A stretch of DNA of 29,253 bases from Candidatus Ratteibacteria bacterium. GTDB taxonomy: Bacteria > Ratteibacteria > UBA8468 > B48-G9 > DTJG01. Within the stretch, counting starts at the first letter, position 1. Each line of letters opens with the position of its first letter. Where the stretch lies: NCBI GenBank assembly GCA_049971295.1, contig JBMFLH010000017.1, positions 1-29,253 on the forward strand, given 5' to 3'. Of this stretch, positions 26,773 to 29,253 are shown piece by piece. The translations under genes and the position numbers were made by a program. The notes beneath the pieces were generated by a model. It was not told the origin of the DNA. It saw only the letters and a list, made by a program, of their open reading frames with translations, and did not search any database.

Positions 26773-26785
26773 GTTTGAATATGAT
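26757..26785 (+). promoter_or_regulatory. Sigma70-type promoter for the FlgO-like/HD operon
   Basis: TTGACT-17 bp-TATGAT. Confidence 0.6.
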
Positions 26786-26830
26786 AACATATAGGAGAAG
26801 GGAAAAAATATTATGCCCGGAGCACACCTG

Positions 26831-27853
26831 ATGAAAAAAAGAATATCTGTTGCAATAATTGTTATCCTGTATTCAATAATGCCTGTTTCAGGCGCCTCGG
26901 TGATTAATGAAATAAACACAGTTGTTGCAACAATCTCTGATTCCATCGCAGCAAACAACAAGAAAATTGTTGCGGTAACAGATTTTACGGATCTTGAAGG
27001 CAACGTAAATGTGTTGGGAAGGTTTATTGCCGAAGAAATTTCACTTGGTCTTGCATCTACAGGGAAACAATTTGCAGTTGTTGACCGTAATCAGATTAAA
27101 AAGGCTCTTGCTGAAAAAAATATCTCAATCGCCGGGGTCATCGACCCATCATTTGCAAAACAAATCGGACAGATATCAGGTGCTGAGGTAATTCTGACTG
27201 GTAGTGTTTACCCATTTTCAGATTCAGTGTATCTTTCAGCCAAAATTATTGACGTAAGCACAGCAAGAATCATTGGTGGCACATCCATGATGCTATCAAA
27301 AAACCAGATACTTGATGACCTGGTACAAATAAGTTTCAAAACATCTGATGTCAAAGGTTCCACCCAGGAAATACCTATTTTTTCGCCTCAGGTAAAGGAA
27401 GCAGCCAATTACATTCTTATTCTTAAGGATATTGCAATGAACGATAATTCAGTGATTTTAAATTTGGAAATAAAGAATAATTTTGATCAGGGTCGTTATC
27501 TGACTGTTAAATCAATCAGAGCAATAGATGACTCTGGCAGAGAATATTTTCCATCATCCTTCACAATTGCAGGAACAACAGCGTACATCGGTGACGCAGG
27601 GAAAATTCAATCAGTAATCAGAGGAGCAATATCTGAAAATTTTGACGTCTGGCTACACGAGTATCAACAGGTAAAGGCGCAAATTGTCATAAAAAACATT
27701 TTGTCAAAATCAAAAACCATAGGCATTTTGGAAATGGTTATTGCTCCTGTAAACATCATGAACAGTCATGGAACCTTTATGCGACTTGAAGACGACCCAT
27801 CAACAATACAATTTTCAAATCTTTCAATCATAAGGAAAAATGCCATTAAATAG
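26831..27853 (+). CDS. Exported protein with N-terminal FlgO/CsgG-like domain
   Basis: Signal peptide, VAVTDFTDLEG, LGRFIAEE, VVDRNQI, AKQIG..GAEVILTGS, AKIIDVST. Alternative start at 26813. Confidence 0.8.
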   Translation: MKKRISVAIIVILYSIMPVSGASVINEINTVVATISDSIAANNKKIVAVTDFTDLEGNVNVLGRFIAEEISLGLASTGKQFAVVDRNQIKKALAEKNISIAGVIDPSFAKQIGQISGAEVILTGSVYPFSDSVYLSAKIIDVSTARIIGGTSMMLSKNQILDDLVQISFKTSDVKGSTQEIPIFSPQVKEAANYILILKDIAMNDNSVILNLEIKNNFDQGRYLTVKSIRAIDDSGREYFPSSFTIAGTTAYIGDAGKIQSVIRGAISENFDVWLHEYQQVKAQIVIKNILSKSKTIGILEMVIAPVNIMNSHGTFMRLEDDPSTIQFSNLSIIRKNAIK

Positions 27854-28430
27854 CGAAATTGAAAAACAATACAGGCAATTACTGGAAAAAGTCGTGATCA
27901 GAAAATCTGAATGCAATGAATTTGTGAATTTTCTTGAGAATCATACAACATGGCTCACCTCACCTGCAAGCACAAAATATCATCTCAGTGCCGAACATGG
28001 ACTTCTGATCCATTCTGTCAATGTAACAAATACAATGTTGATATTAAAGAATGCTCTTTTTGAAAAGATTGCGGATGAAAGTTGCATAATCGTAGGGCTT
28101 TTTCATGATGTAGGAAAAATTGGTATGCCGCATGCGCCAAGGTACATAAAAAAAAATTCGAATTACATATATAACGAAAATCAAGTTGAAATGTCTGTTG
28201 CCGCAAGAAGTCTTTATCTTGTTTCGAAATTCATTCCACTTACTGATGAAGAGGCTCAGGCAATTCTTTATCATGACGGTCAATATATTATGGAAAACAG
28301 ATCTGTAGCACATCGTGAATGCGCATTGACACTCCTTGTTACTTTTGCTGATACCTGGACTACGGCAAAAGAAGATGGCAGAATAAAAATTTCTGAGCAG
28401 ATTTTTTTCAAAAAAACACACAGGGAGTAA
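27840..28430 (+). CDS. Stand-alone HD-domain phosphohydrolase (YhaM-like HD without OB fold)
   Basis: PASTKYH...GLLIHS, FHDVGK, ILYHDG, FAD. Confidence 0.88.
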   Translation: MPLNSEIEKQYRQLLEKVVIRKSECNEFVNFLENHTTWLTSPASTKYHLSAEHGLLIHSVNVTNTMLILKNALFEKIADESCIIVGLFHDVGKIGMPHAPRYIKKNSNYIYNENQVEMSVAARSLYLVSKFIPLTDEEAQAILYHDGQYIMENRSVAHRECALTLLVTFADTWTTAKEDGRIKISEQIFFKKTHRE

Positions 28431-28432
28431 AA

Positions 28433-28849
28433 ATGGAAACGAGTCTGAGAAGATACAGGATAAGAACAAGACCCTTCTTATGTCTCGACGCAGCTGAGGC
28501 AGCAGATACAGGCGTAACAGTGGGTGAAGAAACCATTGAAGAACTTTTGCTCATTCCAAACCCAGGATTTGGATTTTACCAACTGTATGCTGTTATAATC
28601 AATAAACCAGACAGCGAGATTAGAAATATTCCAGTGATGAAAAGGGGAGAAATTGCTTTCGAAAGCAGGTCTGAAGCATCACATTACGCAAAAAAAAGGG
28701 GCGATCCGTATATACTTTGCGGAGTAAAACAAACAAGGTCAGTGAGTAAAGAAGAAATTGAAGAATTTCGCAACCTTCATCAACATGAAGACCCTATTGA
28801 AAAGAAATTGAAAGAACTGAAGATGTTTGATACCCGAAATAAACCATAA
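28433..28849 (+). CDS. Hypothetical protein
   Basis: GGGAG RBS, 2 bp after the HD gene, 138-aa ORF with no recognised motif. Confidence 0.7.
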   Translation: METSLRRYRIRTRPFLCLDAAEAADTGVTVGEETIEELLLIPNPGFGFYQLYAVIINKPDSEIRNIPVMKRGEIAFESRSEASHYAKKRGDPYILCGVKQTRSVSKEEIEEFRNLHQHEDPIEKKLKELKMFDTRNKP

Positions 28850-28964
28850 CCTTTTTAAGTTTATCAAACCAATATTATTCTAAATCGTGAGATTCAATTT
28901 TTTCATCAACCCCTCAATTTTCAAAAACCTTCAGTTCCTTGTGTATCAACGGTTTTTACATCTC

Positions 28965-28992
28965 TTGACAAAATCTTTTGACTGATTAAAAT
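28965..28992 (+). promoter_or_regulatory. Sigma70-type promoter
   Basis: TTGACA-16 bp-TAAAAT upstream of the last ORF. Confidence 0.55.
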
Positions 28993-29012
28993 ATTTTCAG
29001 GGTAAAATTTAT

Positions 29013-29253
29013 ATGATAAGATTTGATAAATATGTATGTAAGCGGTTACAAAGTCTGGTGCTAATTACGATATTAGTTGTTCTTTGTCTTACCGGCTGCG
29101 CCACATTCACGCCTTCAAAAGAAGTATTTTCGAGAAATCCAAATTTAAATGTCAGAACCTATGACGCTCCAGTAGAAACCTGCTGGCTGGCGGCAAGACA
29201 GGCTCTTCTAAAAAATAATTTCAGTATCTATTCTGAAGATAGCCAGTTAAAAC
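29013..29253 (+). CDS. Lipoprotein, DUF2242-like (3'-truncated by window edge; absent from the ORF track)
   Basis: MIRFDKYVCKRLQSLVLITILVVLCLTGC (lipobox LTGC) ATFTPSKEVF...RTYDAPVETCWLAARQALLKNNF, open to the window end. Exact start uncertain. Confidence 0.7.
   Translation, partial: MIRFDKYVCKRLQSLVLITILVVLCLTGCATFTPSKEVFSRNPNLNVRTYDAPVETCWLAARQALLKNNFSIYSEDSQLK

Noticed and set aside
349..28469. Numerous short antisense or alternate-frame ORFs in the ORF track
   Set aside because: They overlap well-supported genes, lack RBS and motifs, and have shadow-ORF composition.
28923..28957. AAAAACC...GGTTTTT inverted repeat as a terminator or recombination site
   Set aside because: A 7-bp AT-rich stem with a long loop is too weak to call.
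1..29253. CRISPR arrays, transposases, integrases, prophage genes, rRNA
   Set aside because: No regularly spaced repeats or recognisable motifs were seen by eye.

Overview
AT-rich, gene-dense bacterial chromosomal window from a probable anaerobic diderm. The gene content (DUF4838 paralogues, URO-D-like proteins, a PilT paralogue, tRNA-Arg(UCG)) is reminiscent of PVC-group lineages such as Omnitrophota/Ratteibacteria, but this is an impression only. It opens with rpsB (partial) and a very short tsf. Instead of pyrH-frr, these run into a cyclophilin-fold gene, a small membrane protein and a DUF3857/transglutaminase-like protein. Next come a PilT/PilU ATPase, a metallophosphoesterase, an M16 peptidase and HU. 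The middle is an accessory catabolic region: two DUF4838-type exported proteins, two URO-D/MtaA-fold proteins, SDR, Gfo/Idh/MocA, an AKR-like protein, DUF362, an HhH-GPD/DUF763 pair, and thiM-thiE with an outer-membrane channel. Four apparent lesions lie here: a DUF4838/GH116 deletion-fusion (~9040), a DUF362 frameshift (~10220), an internal in-frame deletion in an M14 peptidase (~22235) and an ACG at the expected start of the AKR-like gene (22648). The end holds a secreted serpin behind a consensus ECF-sigma-type promoter, tRNA-Arg(UCG), DUF47-PiT, a ~220-bp segment bounded by 29-bp imperfect inverted repeats with outward promoters, FlgO-like, HD and hypothetical genes, and a partial lipoprotein. 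No CRISPR array, transposase, integrase or rRNA was seen. Family assignments come from motif recognition, not database searches.
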